Assembly (NCBI RefSeq): GCF_009914755.1 | Contig: NC_060932.1 | Length of the DNA: 64,000 bases | Origin: the human T2T-CHM13v2.0 reference genome, Homo sapiens | Reading direction: 5' to 3' (one strand) | Made by a program: the position numbers and the translations under genes | Notes under the pieces: generated by a model | What the model was told of the DNA's origin: nothing | Databases searched by the model: none | The model's input: the letters and a program-made list of their open reading frames with translations, nothing else | Part shown: piece after piece, positions 60,696-64,000 of the stretch | Position numbering within the stretch: the first letter of the stretch is position 1 | Layout of the letters: every line of letters begins with the position of its first letter

Positions 60696-61734
60696 AAGGA
60701 TTTATGTGAGATATTTTTGCATGTTATATATATTTATATGTTAATTAAATGTTGTAAGCACCTAATATATCCAACAATAGAAAGTGGGTTAAATGAACTT
60801 TGATATATCATCACACTAGAAAACTATGTGGCTTCCAAATCCAAATTCAGATAAATTATTCTTTCAGGGAACATTAGGAAAAGGTTTACCATTAACAAAA
60901 GAGATTTTTAAGTACATATAGCATTATACAAAATTTGTTTTAAAATATGTATAGATGCATTAAAAAACATTCCAGGAAATTATAACATAATTTTAATAGC
61001 ACTTATCTTTGGGAAATGACAGAAAATTGCTTTTGCAATTTTCTTCATTTTTAAATTTTTCTTCAACAATCACATATTACTTTTGTAGTCAAGGAAGAAG
61101 TTAGCTTTGTCTAGAGCCTTTAAGCGGTATAAAATCTAGTTTAGAGTTAAATAGTTGCACTTAGAAAATTAAAAAATACAATCAGACTAAACTATAACTT
61201 TCCTTGTAACCCCATACTTTGCAACACGGGGAGACCTCACTATTCAAGCTGACTCTTCTCCATTTAGGGTGGTTGAATTCATAAAGGCCACCTCCACCAC
61301 CGCACACCACAAATGATCCCACAAAGTAAATAAACATATTCTCAAATTCCAAACCCGGAATCAAAATGCAGCCAAGGATCTCAAGCTTCTGAAAGCGATC
61401 TGTCGGAAACGGATCTTATGGCAGCTGAAGGATCTCATGTTACCACCCTGGAAACACACCCCAGTGCATCCGATTCCTTCACCCAGCCCACAAACTCCAC
61501 TTGTTTCACCTCCTACCCGTCAAGCAAGAAGTAAAGACCATGGCAGACAGCATGCTGTATGAAGAGGCAAAAGAATCTCAGACAACAGCAATATGGTAGG
61601 CACTTTGGACTTTATCTTATTCCACCACCATCATCTTACCTATAAGACAGTCCAAAGTTACATTGCTAGTCATTTGCATAGCCAAAAATATGGCCTCGCT
61701 TGCATGATTCCAATTTCCACAAGCTAGATCCATC

Positions 61735-61900
61735 CTAGGTCTGATGCTACCACATGGCATTGGATGAGTCACTCAATGCTCCATACCTCAGTTTCCCCCA
61801 TATAAAAATTGAGATAATAATATTTACCATGCCTTCTAAGAAAGTGATAGTGAAGATCACAGGGAGAAATATATGAGAAAGTGCTATATCAACCGTAAAA
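61735..61900 (+). mobile_element. MIR SINE
   Basis: cctcagtttcccca…aaaattgagataata…gaaagtgct. Confidence 0.7.
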
Positions 61901-64000
61901 CTCTCTGCATTTGAAAGGGATCAGTAGTATATTTTTAATAACATCCTGATGTTGGCAAGATGTTGGCCAAGTCCTGAACAATGCAACAGTGAACTGTGTA
62001 AAGTAAAGTGAACTGTGGTTCACTTTAGGTGATTTTTGAAATGATCTAAATAACCAGACCACATTCATAAAGTATCTGCCTGAAATAAAAGGATGTCTGC
62101 CTCAAGTACTCCAATCTCACGTTCTGTCCTTGGCCCTGGCTCTAGTGGCTCATTCAGGGCATTTGTCTTCAGCAATTCAAAAGGATTCACAGTTTCTGCT
62201 CCTAAGAGACAATAATGCCTGTGGTTTTTCAATGCCCCCAGCAAGCAATAGTTATGCCAGGTACCACTGTGTCTCATGGTTGATATGGGCCTGTTATTTC
62301 AAAAAGGACCACACCTGGCAGGTGGCCCAATTGGCCTGGAGTCTAGCACCTGCTGTGCCTGCAGGTTCACCTCCTCCCCCACAAGGCAACCTGTTCCAGA
62401 GAGGGCAGAAGCTCTAGTTGTTAAGTTTTTCTTAGGTTGAATTAAAATCTGTCCCACCGTAGTTTTCATTCAGTGATTCTGTCATTAGGTACAACATGGC
62501 ACCACACCAGTCTCCATTTTTTCATGAGATATCCTCCCTTGAGTGTCTGAAGATAACACTCTTCTATCTACTTCCAAGTCCTACCCAGCCTCATCATCTT
62601 GCCCTGAGTCTATTTCATTATAGTCCATCTTCAAAAGCAAGACCAAGAACAGAATGCGGGCACTCCGGAGATGGTCTACATGAGGCAAAGGATTGCCAAT
62701 TCCAGTGCCAACCCACAATATCATAGTCATTTGTAATGGTCTCCATTCATGTCCCAGAATGTAAATGAAGAAAAGATGTTTTGATGATGAAGAACTGGAG
62801 TACAACATTTTGAAATGTCTAATGGGAAAAGAAAACTTACTAAGGTATATTTTTTAAGCCAAGCTCCTATAAGTGGTTGTGTTTAAATATTATCATGTTC
62901 CCTGCTATTTCTAATGAAGAAGCACACAAAAATAGATTCACGGATGACCTGGTTAATAGGAATCTCCAAACTCACTGCACACTCCTTCCTCATTATACAA
63001 CCAACTGCAAAAATCAAACACTGTGAAAGGATATTCAAGGTACGTGTCGGACCAAGCAGGCCCGTAGGAGTCTGAGTCTCGGTAAAGCAGCTGTGCAACA
63101 GAAATAGCTTTAAAGGCAGAATATAAAATGTGTATACTAAAAAAAATTCAAGGGAAGAGAAAATATCTTGGCTTTTTCCACTGTTTTATATAAGAATATT
63201 GATTTGAACAAGTCCATATGCAATTTTTTAAAAGGCAATAAGGACCCCTCTGAAATCGATGACACCTGAGTGGAATATCTGAACAAGTCACATTCCAGTG
63301 GGAGGCAATTAGTGGACAAGTGTCAGCCTGTTTTGTACATGAGGGCTTTCCCTCCAGAAAAAGAGAGCGCAGTCCATGTAGGTCACTTTAGACAACCAGA
63401 GGGTCCGATTTATCATGCAGAGACTGGAATTCCCAAGAAGGGAGGATGTCACTTGCTCCCCTCCCCTGGTTTGTTTAGAAGAGGATTTTAGCTTCACTGG
63501 CCTTCACTGTCTTCACCAAGACAGCTGGTAAGAAAAAGGAAAAAAAAAAAAAATTTCCAGTTTTTTAGCCTTGTCCATGGTCCTGAGGAGCCCACGCGCT
63601 ACTCCAGCAACTGGAGTAGAGACAGAGCCACTGATCACTTACTGGTCAGTCCAATCTGTCCCATCAGATCCAGTGTCTAGTGACCTCCCCCTGGAAACAT
63701 TCGTATTGTGCTGTGCCATGAGGCCTTGGGACATTCTGAGGAGGGATACAAGAGTAGGGGAAGACAGGAATTTGATTTCCTGGGTCTGAAACAGATCTGA
63801 AAGAAAGCACCATCTGTACTCCCAGGCCCAGCACATTGCAAAGGCACATTGCAAAGGCAGGCACATTGCCAAGCAACCACTGGAGGATCTAAATGACCTC
63901 TCATCACTCTCCAGTACTCACAGAGGTTGGCACTATCTGCAATGGAGGTAAGAGGCCTCCACCCGATGTGGACGCAGTACTAGAGCAGGGAGTCTGGTCA

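Overview
Human genomic DNA (an AluYa5, a human-specific subfamily, is present) lying within the ZMAT4 zinc finger matrin-type 4 gene on the minus strand. The window holds the first coding exon (60156-60261, ATG at 60257) and the next 90-bp coding exon (558-647), separated by a 59.5-kb phase-0 intron that splits zinc finger 1 between its two His ligands. The intron is filled with Alu, L1, MIR, L2, LTR and DNA-transposon relics and large simple repeats. Apart from one L1 ORF2 remnant, the other ORFs in the track appear spurious. No new multi-gene system is supported. The most notable signals are a TSD-flanked retrocopy of an mRNA 3' end that brings a sense-oriented poly(A) signal into the intron, a candidate 63-nt poison exon with strong splice sites, a 33-bp templated insertion copied from 3.4 kb away, a tandem duplication with asymmetric microsatellite growth, a twin-primed L1 and a 2.4-kb CA-rich (sense) tract. 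Repeat subfamily names come from remembered consensus sequences and their boundaries are approximate.
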